64,000 nucleotides of DNA from Bugula neritina (lineage: Eukaryota > Animalia > Bryozoa), in assembly GCA_964035545.1 (NCBI GenBank), contig OZ037768.1, positions 17,715,700 through 17,779,699 of the forward strand, in the 5' to 3' direction. Made by a program: the position numbers and the translations under genes. Below the pieces are notes generated by a model that worked only from the letters and a program-made list of their open reading frames with translations, ran no database searches and was not told where the DNA came from. Below, piece after piece: positions 1-24,500 of this stretch. Each line of letters begins with the position of its first letter. Position 1 is the first letter of the stretch.

Positions 1-24
1 TATACTTGTTAGTTGGCTTTGCAG

Positions 25-731
25 ATGATGTTGGTCCCAGCTAATGAGATCTTCGTTTTTCCTCCACAAGCAACTTTAAGTCTCTTTAAAGGTACATTTA
101 AGCTGGTTAAATGTTTGTTCTAGCATTGCATTTGAAATTTTTTAGAACAGATGCTTTGCCATCCATGGAACGCACACAAATTGATGATTCTTTATGTAAT
201 GTGCTGCTGTTTAAAAACACTGAATAAAGTTTAAAGCTTTCAAATGTTTTATTTTAGACATCTGGTTGAACAGCTTCTTGTTTGGATTGTATTCCTCTTT
301 ATTTGTTCATGGAATTGCGGCAGGTATCGCTTTTATCAAGCTGCGTAAGCATCCACGGGCCATATTTCTACCAATACTAATACTAATTGTTGGAGTTATA
401 TCACCTCTCACTTATGGTGTTATAAGTAGTAAGTATTTTTGTTTCATGTTCTACAGTTGGAATACATGATAACATTGCCTAGTTTCTTCTATGTTTATGT
501 CGTATTACAGCGTTAATTTCTTACTAATACGCATGTATCGTGCTCGAGTTAGTTTTTTGTTACCACATTCTTTTAATCATGCGTAATGCTATTGTTTTAG
601 ATGCTGCATTTGCAGGAGTGCTGAAAGCTGCACAATTCGATTTAGCTCCAATATACTGTCTTGCGTGGGGAGTTGTACAAACGTTCACCATAGTTTTCAT
701 ATCGTTTACTCGGTTACTTTTTACGCTCTAA
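25..731 (+). CDS. TMEM170: Transmembrane protein 170 (TMEM170A/B-like), 3 coding exons
   Basis: Exons 25-91, 258-428 and 601-731 join via GT-AG introns with consistent phase: MMLVPANEIFVFPPQATLSLFK-DIWLNSFLFGLYSSLFVHGIAAGIAFIKLRKH...GVISPLTYGVIS-NAAFAGVLKAA...WGVVQTFTIVFISFTRLLFTL*. This matches the TMEM170 pattern (SSLFFH..AG, AAIAGVYRAA, GQTF..SFLRILATL). An acceptor (ttgcag) precedes the ATG, so upstream exons may lie outside the window. Confidence 0.88.
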
Positions 732-1261
732 CAACATCTTATTTTGGTGTTTCATTACATAAATATAAAACCAGTAAGTCACTTGAGAATTAAGACATGT
801 ATGTAAACCTGCTGTTGTCAACAATATTTATTTTTTCATTATATTTTTTAAAAATTATGTATATAAGTTAAAAATAATTCATTGTAAAATATTGTCAAAT
901 ACTTATGTAAAATAGTTATAATATAAAAAGTATATTGCTGTATAATGCAAAATTTATTTTGTAATAAAGTGTAAGCCTAAGCTATAAAACTTAGGCAAAA
1001 ATACTTAAAATAAAAATTGAAGGTTTAGCAATTAGGACAAAGTATTGAATTTTCTGTAGCAGAATTAATTTACTTTAATAATCACAATTTTTAATGTAAA
1101 GGTGGTTGTTTGGTGCTAAGACTTTTCAAATAAACAAGTCAATCACCACAATAAACATAAAACACATATATGTTAAAATCTTCAATATAATATTCTGTTT
1201 CCAAAACAGGAAATAATTTTTAAATTGGTATAGCAAAAATAATATCTAAAGTACACCATGT

Positions 1262-12094
<10,833 letters not shown>

Positions 12095-13261
12095 TGTGTA
12101 TGACGCTAGGCAAACCAACATAATTATAATTATAAATGTTATAAAATATAATTATGATAGTAATTGAAACTTACTATTACATTTCATAATATTATGAATA
12201 ATAATGATATTATTAATAATGATAATCAATATCATAATGATGATAATCAATATGAATATCATAAATGATGATGATGATAATCATCATTAGTCTATGATGT
12301 TGAATTTGATTATGATTAATATTATATTTATTAACAAGATTTATATTACAAAATATAATAGTGAATTTAAATTTTATTTATTGCCATATTTTATAGCATT
12401 TATAACATAATCATAATGAAGTGGGTTTTTTTAGACATCAGCAAAACTCAAAGCAAAAAATTAAATAAAAATTAAAATACCATTTCACTTTCAAAGTGAC
12501 TTTCAGTTCAAGTTTCACTTTTCAGTTTCATTTAATTTTACTTTTACTTGTAGTGATTCACTTCACGTTCAAGTTTAACTATTACTATTAGCTTAAAAAT
12601 AAATTAGAATATTGACTTTAAGTAAGTGTCAACAGTCAAACTCAATATGAAGTTGGATATAATCTATATAAATATTTATTATTAATAAATATAATATTAA
12701 TAATAATGTATCTATAAATAAAATTTAATTATATAATAAAAAAACATCTTTTTAAATTTATTTTTACTTAAAACTTAATAAAATAAAAATTAAATATTTA
12801 TAATATTAATTGATAATCATATCTATCATTCTATGTGATATTCACATTATGATTATGATACTGATATGCAATTTCATGTTGTAGTTTCATTTTCACAAGC
12901 AAAAATACTATACACACTACACAGTACACACTGCTGTAATTGTTAATGCTTAATATTTAAAATTGGCACATGAATAGCAATACCTAGAACCAATAACTAT
13001 AAGTATAACTTATTAAAGTAAGATAACGTATAGTATTACTATTAGTATTAGTATTACTATTTGTTATTCAACTTCAAGCATAACATTATCATTACGATAA
13101 GTACTAGTAGGAGCAGGAACTTGATGAAAGTAAGATTTTAAATTGGCTCGTCAGTGTAGCACGCAGTCATTTTACTTTAGCAATAGTTTTTTGCTTCAAT
13201 ACGAAAAATCAATATTTTAACCGCACTAAAAGTGAGGTTCTCACTGCAAGAATTAGGGCTA

Positions 13262-13301
13262 CATTTCCTGTCAGTCCTTTTCTCAGCTCGTTTACCAAAC
13301 A
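13262..13301 (+). promoter_or_regulatory. RPL13 TCT/5'TOP-type transcription start and non-coding first exon
   Basis: Pyrimidine tract tccttttctc (13275-13284) followed by a strong donor aaaca|gtaagt at 13302. The acceptor cttag lies just before the ATG at 14208. This layout is typical of ribosomal-protein genes. Confidence 0.7.
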
Positions 13302-14207
13302 GTAAGTTGGAAAATTTTCTCTCCTAATTTTTTATCGTTGAATATATCATAGTCATCTGTTTCATTTCATCAAAGGAAGTTTTCTGTAATTTTTTAAACT
13401 CCTAAATTACTTTTTCACACCATTGTTTTCTTGTTGGAGTGTGCGATAAAATCCATTATTCAATTGCAAGACCACGGATAATTTTATCCGAATAGCTCTA
13501 TAAGACTACCACAGTCACGCTAGACTTGAATTATAACGTTAAAAGTTCTGACTGACCCCATTAGTAATCTAGATGCTCTTTTTTAATTTGCATTGCAGCT
13601 CAATTATTTTATGTGCATCACCCATACAAACAACTTGAACTTAATCAGTTGGTATTTCCTTTCTTATTTCTACTTAAACTTATGTCTTAACGATTAGGCG
13701 GGTTATTCCAATCGTTATGAAATTGAATGAGGAATCATGAATGTTTATGTTACTTATTCTGTAATACTGAAATTATAATTTAATTACTATTAGTAAAAGA
13801 TTCTTCAGGACAAATCGAAAATCACAAGTGCAGTTTTTAGGCTTTTACGTTGCCTAATCATAATGTTATATTTTTATTGTTTGCCATCTTCATGCTTGGT
13901 GATGGGGATACTCATGTCTCATAATCATACTTAGTTTAGCTCTTAGTCATAATAGTGCCACTGTTAGTGTTATTCACCTTCACCAATCTTTCTTAGTATT
14001 TAGTAGTACTAATTGGAATACGCAGTCTGAATAATTTAGTATAAATAAAATTAAATGACTTTCTCTTCGAATAAAAGTACATGCTATGTAAGCAAAAATT
14101 GACTGAAATATACCTAGCTTTATCTTGAGAAATACTACAACTATGTCAAAAAGAGTTACAATAAATATAATATTTAATTTTATATTGGTTCTGTATCTTA
14201 GGGCAAA

Positions 14208-16049
14208 ATGGCTGGCAACGGTATGTTACCGAATATGCATTTGCGGAAGAACTGGAAGAGATGGGTAAGAACCTATTTCGACCAGCCTATGGCCAAGAAA
14301 CGTAGGGCTACTAAAAGAGCTCAGAAAGCCAGAAAGATAGCTCCCCGACCAGTAGCTGGACCAATACGGCCCATTGTCCGTTGCCCAAACAACAGAAATA
14401 ACCACAGAGAAAGATTGGGACGTGGTTTCAGCCTAGAGGAATTAGCTGTGAGTTCAATAGCTGTGTTATGTTACTTGACCATGTAGTGGTAACCATCGAT
14501 AAACTTTAGTGCTAAGCATCACATACTGTGTTTTCAGTTGGTTTTTGTAGCCAATAGGTAATAGTAGTTGTTTCAGTCTGATTAAGGTATTTGCATTATA
14601 TTATGTTCATAAATAGTTTTCAAATGTTGGTGGGCAAAAATGAACAGTGCAAGATTTTTTACCTCTCACTAACCTTTTAAACGTAGATAATTCAGGCCAT
14701 TATTTTATGTTGTTAAACTTATAATTTCTTTATTAAAAAAATGACTTGTCCAAAATTTTACTCACTACTGATCACCATTGATTGGGCAGCTGTGATGTGA
14801 TATATATCTCTAAAGCCGCCTTGTCGACTGAAAAAAACTTTGACACTCAGGTGGTCGTTGACTACTAAACTACAATATCATAGTGGGTTCCATGAACTTT
14901 GTCATTAATCACCTAGTATAAGTTATTTTATGTAGGTTATCTAGGGGAGTATAATATAATTTGAAGTAAAATTTAAAATGTCAAAGTGTTCTACCTAAAA
15001 ATTGATGTAATATTTTTCCCACACACATTGGCACCTTTGAAAGATTTCTGATTGAAATTTATCGGCATGTATGGAAAAAACATGTGGTTAAACAAATTTG
15101 CTTCCTGTAATGCTGAGCGGATACTTATTTATTTGCCATAGGCTCTGGTGATCACACAAATGTATATAAGCTCAGCAAACATCCCTGTAATTTCAGCTTT
15201 GTTGTTCGTCTAAAGTGCATGAGTAAAAGAAACAGTTTGAAATGCTGATGATAGACTTGATAGTTTTAGAATGATTCAAACATTGCATATAAACCAATAA
15301 TATTGAAAACAATATGCTGTACTATGTTGTGCTGTAGGCAGCTGGTCTAAACCGAAGATGGGCCAGAACTGTTGGAATCTCTGTGGATCACAGAAGGAAA
15401 AACAGAAATGTAGAAGCATTACAACAAAATGTGCAGAGGCTCAAAGAATACAGATCAAAATTGATTCTGTTCCCACGTAAAGCCAGCAAACCCAAGGAGG
15501 GTGATGCATCTGTAAGTATTGGTTTCATTATTATTTTTCACTCATGAAAGGCAGTTGGTAAAATGCGCAACTGCTTAATTTCACTTCCATTGTACAAAAA
15601 CAGCTTCCAATATTTTATTATGTTGTATATTATATATATATATTGTCATTGTATTTTATTACCACTGTTTGTTAGTAGATGTTTTCGTAAAACTTTTTTG
15701 AGATTAATCTCAATGAGTTAAATTTTCTAAATCAATAGAAGGGATAATTTTGAATTGTCTTCTTATTTGAATATGCAAGTATAGCTGTACTTGTGTTTCA
15801 TGGTTTTCTCTGAGTATTAACTTCGAATACCAACCCAACTTTTAGGAGGAGGAGATTAAGATGGCTCAGCAGTTGATGGGCACAATTATGCCAATTGACA
15901 AGACTGTTCCTCCAATGGAGGTGAGAGCACCCACTGAGGATGAAAAGAAATTCCAAGCTTACATCACATTGAGAAGGCAGTGGCGCAGAGCTAAGCTCCA
16001 GGGCATGCGTGAAAAGAAAGCAAGAGAAGCTGCTGAGGCTGCAAAATAA
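14208..16049 (+). CDS. RPL13: 60S ribosomal protein L13 (eL13)
   Basis: Exons 14208-14447, 15338-15511 and 15846-16049: [25 protein letters not shown] / [37 protein letters not shown] / ..[39 protein letters not shown] at ~16086. Confidence 0.97.
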
Positions 16050-18566
16050 ATGTTGACTGCTTTTATGTGACTGTTTTGGAAGTTTAATAAAAATGAAACC
16101 ATATTCAACACAACACTCTTATTGCTGAGTTATATACTATTGTAATAAAGTATTGAACATTCAGCTCGCAATAGCTTGAAAAATGCAAGGCAAACTTCAA
16201 AAATATTCGTTGTCAGATACCAAAAAGGAGAAAGATCTGGTCTACTTGCATACATGTAAATAGTTACAATTACATATAAACTTGCAATGCCAGACTGCTT
16301 TGTATTCATGTGAAACGGCATTGAGTCATAATTATTTTATACTTGTTAAGCTGGACGACCAAGAAATTGGGCTGGTGTGAAATGTGCTGCCGACTTATTT
16401 TGCTAACAGCACTTGAAAGGTCCACAAAGCTCACTTTCCAATCCTTATGTTGCACTCAAGATACCATAAGTGAAAAGTTACTATTAGCAATAACTGGACA
16501 GCACAATAAGGGAGGAGCGTCTTCAGTGCCATACATGAAGTTCCCCCCCCCCTTTTATTAAAATTGCAGTTACTGAACATAAAAATAGGTAAAACTGCTG
16601 CTCTGTTGGAAGGAGTCCATTTGTGTTGATGAATATTTACCAACATGTTCGCTTACAATGGTGCTGAACTGTTCCACATCAACAGGGAATCCTGCATGAC
16701 TGGAATACATAGACAAAGATCAAAGTGTGTAATACGAATATAGGCATTACATTAAAATTTTACATAATAATATGATGCGAAAAATCTACAGGTTTAAAAA
16801 AGCAGTCTCAGTTGCAGCACAAAAGGTTAAGTGTAACCATGAAAGAGTTTAAAATTGAAGATAGACCAGGAATAAGAAGACCTTTCCAGTACCTATTAAA
16901 ACAAATACATGGTTGGTTACTGATGAATACTGGTATAAAATCTTTAGATGTGCAGCTTAGCTGAGTTTGATATTTAGTACAGGTTTCAATTATCCTGCAT
17001 ATGAAGTTCAGACTGATATAAGGTTACAGCCTACAAGTGAGCTATTTTCATTATATCACTCAAGTAATTTGGCCTATAACTTGGTTCTGCCAATAATTTG
17101 TAGACCTGCTCCATCATATTCAGAATTTGTTTGTAGTTCCATTATCTAGAATTTAGATAGAATTTCCACTTTTGAGAGTTTTGGTAAATTTACACGAGAC
17201 GGAAAAACTTATACTCAATGCAGAGCACTTGACTTAACTGCATCCACTTGATTTTAGCTGCTTTACAAGCACTCCATACTATTCTGGCTGAAATATAAAT
17301 ATAGATCTATAAATTATGCATGAGATTTGAAATCTTTCCTAAATACTCTATATATAACTAGAATATTCATTAAATATTTTATTTTGTTGATGTAAATAAT
17401 TATGTTGAAACTTATATCCTCTGTTAGCAGCCTTAACGCAAATGAAAAAGACTTTTTCTTTCAACAATGATTTAAGTTGAGTTGTTTAAAAGTATAGAAT
17501 CAATAGTTGAACAACTTCTACTTCAGTGGATATATTTAAACAACAAATATTGTGATTGATTTCAGATAGCTTAATACTTGCATATAGGAAAAGTGCCTTT
17601 TGTCTGCCACCATCTAGCAACTTAGTGAGCTCGCTAAATGCATGCTGTAACACTAGAAAAGGTTGCTTTCTTTTTAAATGTGAAAGTTATTTTTAAACAA
17701 TTATAAGTTTTAAAATTTTTTTTTTTTTGATCCATTCAAGTTACTATTTTCTTGTATATTTTAAACCTAACTGCCAGATATTATACAACTGTGGTTTTCA
17801 CCAAACAACAGCAACTGTGGCATTACAAGGCTTAGCTGCTACAACCAGTGAGTGTGCACATCTAGAAAAATATTAACAGCTGTAAGTATTCTTATGTCAC
17901 CTTTTGAAGTTATGACTTGAATGTTTAACTATAATTAACAGCTGTTACCATGTTTGCTTAATTTATTTATCATAGTAGCAGATCATTGTGCTAGTTGGGC
18001 CTGTACTTGAAACAGGTTTAGCTCACTGATCTATGGTGATCCAATAAATTTAAAGTGCTAGAATATTGCTTTCTCAAGTTAATTTATCCACAAATACAGC
18101 TTCTGGTATATAATGAAAGACCTCTTGATAGAAAAATTCTCATAAATAATAAATCACCTGTGCAGCTGCTGGGTTGCATATGGAGAAACATAATAGTTAC
18201 ATGTATCTGCTTCTGTGTCACCATGACAGTGTTAATAGTCTTATAGTGATGATAGGCAGTACTAAATTGTGATTTAACAAAACAAACGATCTCAGGTAGG
18301 TGTGAAATCAACAATGTTTAATTAAAAACTAGATCAAGATGAAAATTTGTGTCTGTGCATTGCATGTCTATTAGCAAAGTGGAAGGATAAAATTCAGAAT
18401 TCGAGTTGAAAAATGATGCATTTCCTAACTAACTGCCTTGGAAACAGTTTCACATAAATGGCTTAAATTTCAATGAGTTAACTAATTAATATTTTGTTTC
18501 TCACAGTTTTATTTGTTTCTCTTTCAAGTTGAGTTGATAAAAGGATTTACTACTTACTTTTAGCCA

Positions 18567-21500
18567 ATGCGAATCGAGGTCATGCCACGGCAGCCATCAA
18601 AAGAAACTGTAGTAATCAATGTGGGTGGAGTCTGCCATAAAACTTGTTGGGACACTCTAGAAAAGATTCCCGGCACAAGACTCTCGGCCTTAGCCAAGCT
18701 CAAAGAGCACGACGAGAGCTATGACTCAATATCCAAAGAATATTATTTCGATCGCAACCCTGAAGCTTTTCTATCAATACTAGAATATTACAGGTAAATT
18801 TATGTTCCCATTGTTATTGATAAATTCATAGTAGCTCAGTTGACTATAGCTGAAATGCATTGCATGACTGTTATATTAAAAGACAATTTTTGTGGCTTAT
18901 ATTGTCATAGAACATGTGCTTTTGAGCATGAGTTTTATAAATTTGTGGTTTTAAAGTTATTATATATTTATTAATTGTATTGCATATATATACGCATAAT
19001 ATTGTTCAATTATAAGACACATTTTTTGTTTGAATAGGTGTTTAATAAGATTGTTTACAGGTTGATTTTGACATGTAATCATAAAAAATTGCTAGATACA
19101 TTTATGCGAGTATTGTACAAATATATGCATGAGTGGCTCTATTTACAATACATTTAATAACTGTAATGAATAAAGTTGGTATATATTATCTATTAGTCAC
19201 ATGCATTGTATATGCCGCTACTGTGCACAAAATCAAGTCTTAAAATGCATGTCTATTCAAATAATGAGCATTATATTCAAGTTAATTATAAAGAATGTTG
19301 CTAATTTCACAACATAGCCTATGCTACTGTTAAGGAATGAAATTTTCTCTATTTTAGATCTGACGAGCTTCATATGACAAACAATCTATGTGGCAACGCA
19401 ATGAAAAAGGTACAGGTATAAATAATTACAGACCTTATTATTGGCATTAAATTCTCTTGACAGTTAGTGTTTGTTTTGGTTTTCCTGCATATATCCTAGG
19501 CATAAATTTCTTTGCAATCCATTTCTATTTTAGTAAGCATGATTTACTTTTGCAACGTCTTGAATTGGGCCATAACACTCGTACACTATTGAGAATATTT
19601 CTCACTATACTACCAAGTACCAACTCAAATACATATTTTTTAATATCCCAGAAAAAGTATGTATGAGAGCTGATAATGGTTATGTTCTTCTTTGTTACAA
19701 AAATTAGAAATTAAGTCATTGTATTATCTCAAATGGCGTATGAATAAGTAGCGCTTTGAAATTACTTTTGTTATCGACAAATTTTTTTTTGAAAATACCT
19801 TTTTTGTCTGTTTTGTATATCTACACACAAAGCTTATGCAGTTTTAAAGCCATTAATACAACTAAAAGTGTTGCAATTAGTAAAAATTTGGATATAGTGA
19901 CATATATATTTATGCATTCATTCAACAACACCAATCAAACTTGATGTAAGCGAAAATTTATATTACCTAAGTTTATTATTTATGCAACTATATTGATGCG
20001 GCAAATTATTTAAATATTATGTTTAATTGATATTTCATATAAATAATTTCATGTCTTGATTTTACACATATGTGTAGCTTACATGAATTAAATAATGGTA
20101 AGTCAAAAGTATTTTCACAGATCTTTGTCTACAAATTTACTATTTTCACAAATTTTAAAAAATTCAAACATAATTCAACTTTAGAATACAGTAACTCGAG
20201 TCTACGGCATCTAAACTGTTCTTTTCAAAGGCCGTGCAAGACGAAAATCAATACATGTACTGCAGACTAGTTAAGCTTTTGCAATCAGTGATTTATCTAG
20301 TGCTAATATGTCGTAATGATTTTCTCCAATAGATTATATCTTACATAATTTATTTGGTTCATAGTTTTTCTCCAAGTTTCAGGTACTGAGGCATGCATAT
20401 TATTTTTTGACCATTCTTACAATTAAGTCATGCAACTATAATTAAAGGAGTTTATAAAATATCAACCGTTGGCTATTTGGTCTAAAAATTAATATAGATT
20501 AGTCTATACAGTTGAAGAAATCTGCAAAATCTTACAAGCTGTTTTATATCAAATAAATATTCGTTTTTTTTTGCCCTTAAAATATTTAAGCTGTCATCTA
20601 AATTTTTTATAGCAAGCAAAGTATACTTTATTCAGTGTGATGCAATAATTTATCTCACATATGCCTGTTTCTACTTTAGGAGTTGCAGTTCTGGGGTTTA
20701 ATGGAAAATGAGATAGAGGCTTGTTGCTGGGGAGAATATTCCAAATTTTTAGACCACAGGGAGACCCTTGCAAACCTGGACACTACATTTGGTGGGTCAC
20801 AAATGGAACCCGAAGAGCTAAATCGGCTAACCAAGTGGAAAAGATTTCAAATACAAGTCTGGAACCATTTAGAGTATCCATCTTACTCAAGAGGGGCAAA
20901 GGTTTGAGACAAAACACTAGATATTTAGAACTTGTTTCGTTTCTCTTCAACATTTTTTTTTCCACAGCAAATAAACTATCTCTTACTAAATAATCTAGCG
21001 AGTTGACTCATCAAATCAGTTGATTTGAATGGGCTGTGGTTCTGGTTACATATATTCCACTTGATTAAATTTACTCCACTTTTATTTGTTTACTGCCTTA
21101 TGTATTGGAGCACTGTGGTCCTAGTTTGAATAATCAATAGGTTGATATCATATTATAATGCAAAGTATAACTTTTAGACTACATTTCACCAAGTTAATAT
21201 AGTAAATGATATTGTGATTGTATGTTCCAGGCGATCATGTTTCTCTCGATCTTTGTGGTCATGATATCGATTCTCTCCTTTATTTGTGAGTCCCACTATT
21301 GGTTTCAAGTCTACTCTAATGACTCAACTACTCGAGCTGAAGACCCTGAGCAGTATTATCCTGCTGCATCTAAACAAGTGTGCTGCCATGATGCAGTCGA
21401 ACGCGAGTACCCTGAAACGAGAACAGTAAAATACCTCACATATGTAGAATGGTCGTGCCTCATTTACTTCATCTTGGAACTTGTCATACGCTTCATTTTC

Positions 21501-24500
21501 GCTCCAGAAAAATGCGTATTCTTGAAATCCTTGCTGAACATTATAGACATCATATGCATTGTTCCACAGATGATATCTATATTGCTAGAATACCTTGAAC
21601 CAACATTAGGGTCAGACGCTGGTAAAGCTGGAGATATACTGCAGATCACCAACATACTGAGGACTGTGCGAGTTTTAAGAATCTTCAAGCTGATGAAACA
21701 TTATTCAGCCTTCAAAGTTTTAGCGTACACAATAAAGGTGAGAAATATTTTAAATCTGAACTTATCCAAATGCCACTTCCTTTTCCTCAGGACTTCATTA
21801 TTTGCTAATTTTAATTAAAAGGCAATCAATTTATTCTAGGTTAGTACCAAGGAGTTACTGCTGATGGTGGTGTTTCTAATGAGTGGGGTTATGATCTTTG
21901 CCAGTGTTATTTACTACGCTGAACCAAAGAATTTCACTTCTATACCCATTGGAATATGGTGGGCTCTTGTTACCATGACAACAGTTGGCTATGGTGACAG
22001 GGTTCCAAAGTCCCTACTCGGATACTTGATTGGTTGCCTCAGTGTAATAGGAGGAGTCCTGGTTATTGCTTTCACCGGTGAGCGATTTGAGCCAAAACTG
22101 GGTTTTTAAATACCAATGTTCTTAGATTTTTGTCTTTGATTGAGTATATCACTATAGTTTCCAAGCTTATGCGAATGGATTTTTCAATCCTGTTTAGAAA
22201 CAGTTGCATCAATGAAACCACAACCATAGGTTCATGCAAACCGCAACGCAAATTCATCCTTATGAGCATTCATTGCATAATGCAAAATAATGGAAACCGG
22301 TATATATGCATTTTATAACTATTGATAAATTGTAAACTTTCGATTCATGCATGGCCACTACCTGTGTATCAAAAGTGGTTAAGTTTATGCAATCTGAAGA
22401 GCTTTTGTAACCTGATAGTAAATAATTAATGGTGGTGACTCAGTTTGAAGTTATTTTCTATATAAAAGGACTCAGTAACAGAAGTAGTATAGGCAGCTCT
22501 CATACAGTTGATTTCCCCTGAGAAGAAGCAAATATTGTATTGGCTTCGAAATAAGAGAGAACATGAGGTTATAATGGGTACAAACTCATTGAACTTTATT
22601 TCATTAGACCGGAGGAGACGATAGATTGGTAACCAGCGAATAAAGTTTTAAACTTCATTATATGACATTATTCCATACAAAGATTTGAATAGACTGAATA
22701 CATTACTTTATAATTACACAATATGCGATACTTACTAGAATTTTTAATGAATTGTACCAATTGCCATGAAGTATGATAAAGCATAAAATAGTCATTGCTC
22801 AATACTGAACTAATAGCTTTTTCAAGAGTTGCTGCTGATAACAATCTTTGAGTCTCTGGCAACCAGACTCTGTATATAATTCATAGCAACAATTCACTTA
22901 GAATTTTATCATAAAATCACACGCTGCTCAGAAGCACCTCTCCAATGTATGAGGTCAATATATGTGACCAGTCGCGACAAAACCGGGGATGTGGCGACGT
23001 TTATAAAGTATAGTAAATGAAGGTTTAATTTGGAAATACTGAAAATTTATATACAATTTTATACAATACAATTTTATACACATCTCCTGTTTTGTGGTGC
23101 CAGGTCACATATGCAGGCATGATTGCAATCAGTTGCAATTAAATTTATTTTTGCTAGTAATTCCTATTTTGCATTGATGTGCATATTGTTCACCACATGA
23201 AGTTTGAATTTCTCAGAAAAAAATTAATTAATTGTGGGTGGTCTCACAATTTCATGACTGTAGCCCGAAGTCAATAATCATAGGCAATATAAGACAGTTT
23301 GAATTTGCCAGGGGTTGATAGTTAAAGCTGTAACTCCTAGACATTTTAAAAAGGAGCAGCAGTGGTGTAGTGGTTAAAGCACTGGCTTAGTAAATACAAG
23401 GTCAGTGGTTTGAACCTCAGTGAAGGTCATTGGTAATGCTAAGAAGAGCATCTTGTCTTGCGCTACAAGAAAACCAAGTCCTTAGCTCGCTGTTATAAAC
23501 CCTTTCTATCAGGGGTTCTCACCGCAACTACAACTATAACTTTAACTTCTCTAGAAATTTGGAACTCTAATTTTTTAAAACTTTCTTCTTACCTTGAAAA
23601 ATGAAAAAATCACCCACACTTGTCACTGCTAATTTTAATTTCCTGTTGCACTTAACAGAGATGAACTATTTGCTAAAATTCTTAATTGATTATTTGGAAA
23701 GCAGCCATAAGTTAAATATAGTCTGTACTTTTGAGTAGACTGAATAATTTCTGACATTGAGGTAGCTGCAGTAAAGGAAAAAGTGAGAAAAGCCTGCGTT
23801 TGAAATGAAAAATATAGCAGAAGTGTTATATTATTCTAGCGAGAATTTCAACTTGCGCCCAAATCAGAATTCATAAGGAAAATTAAACGAATTAATTTTA
23901 TTGGACATTTAGGTGCATTAGTGGAAAATTTTAATAGTCTAAGTTCTTCAATTTTTTTCCTCAACTTTGGTTTGGAGCGCGAATTGAAATTCTCGTCAGA
24001 ACATAACTTGTTTTGCTACATTTCTGATCTAGGTAATATGCTTTTCTCAATTTCACTATTGCTGCTCCTACCTCTGGCATTGTGAGTGTCACCTACCACC
24101 ATTGCACCCATTATTTTTGTATTTGGTTTTAGTCCCTATTGTTGTGAACAACTTCACACTATACTATTCTCATGCAAACTCTCGTGCCAAACTGCCAATG
24201 ACCTTCAAGAAATCAAGAGAGAAAAAGCAGAAATCAGTGTCTGTTTCCCCATCTTTTAATGCCCTGCCTGAGGTAGGTTATATCTCGTATATAAATGCAT
24301 TAAACTCTGTAGCGATAGATGTAGTTCGAGTCTGCAATCACAGCACTTTGACTTACATATAGCAGTGCAGTACTGTTTTAGTATTTTTCACTTAATGTAA
24401 ATATTATAGCAACCTGCATGTATTAACGAAGTTTCACTAAATTTTAGCAATGTTTAACACATTTATAATTATTTCAAATGATTTGTATTTTTCTAGTAGC

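Noticed and set aside
13302-15845. Intronic snoRNAs in RPL13 (e.g. ctgatga at ~15245, ATGAGGA..CTGA at ~13727-13771, tgctgagc/gctcagca stem at ~15111-15177)
   Set aside because: No complete C/D pair with terminal stem and rRNA guide, and no convincing H/ACA layout, could be supported by eye. An Infernal/snoscan run would be needed.
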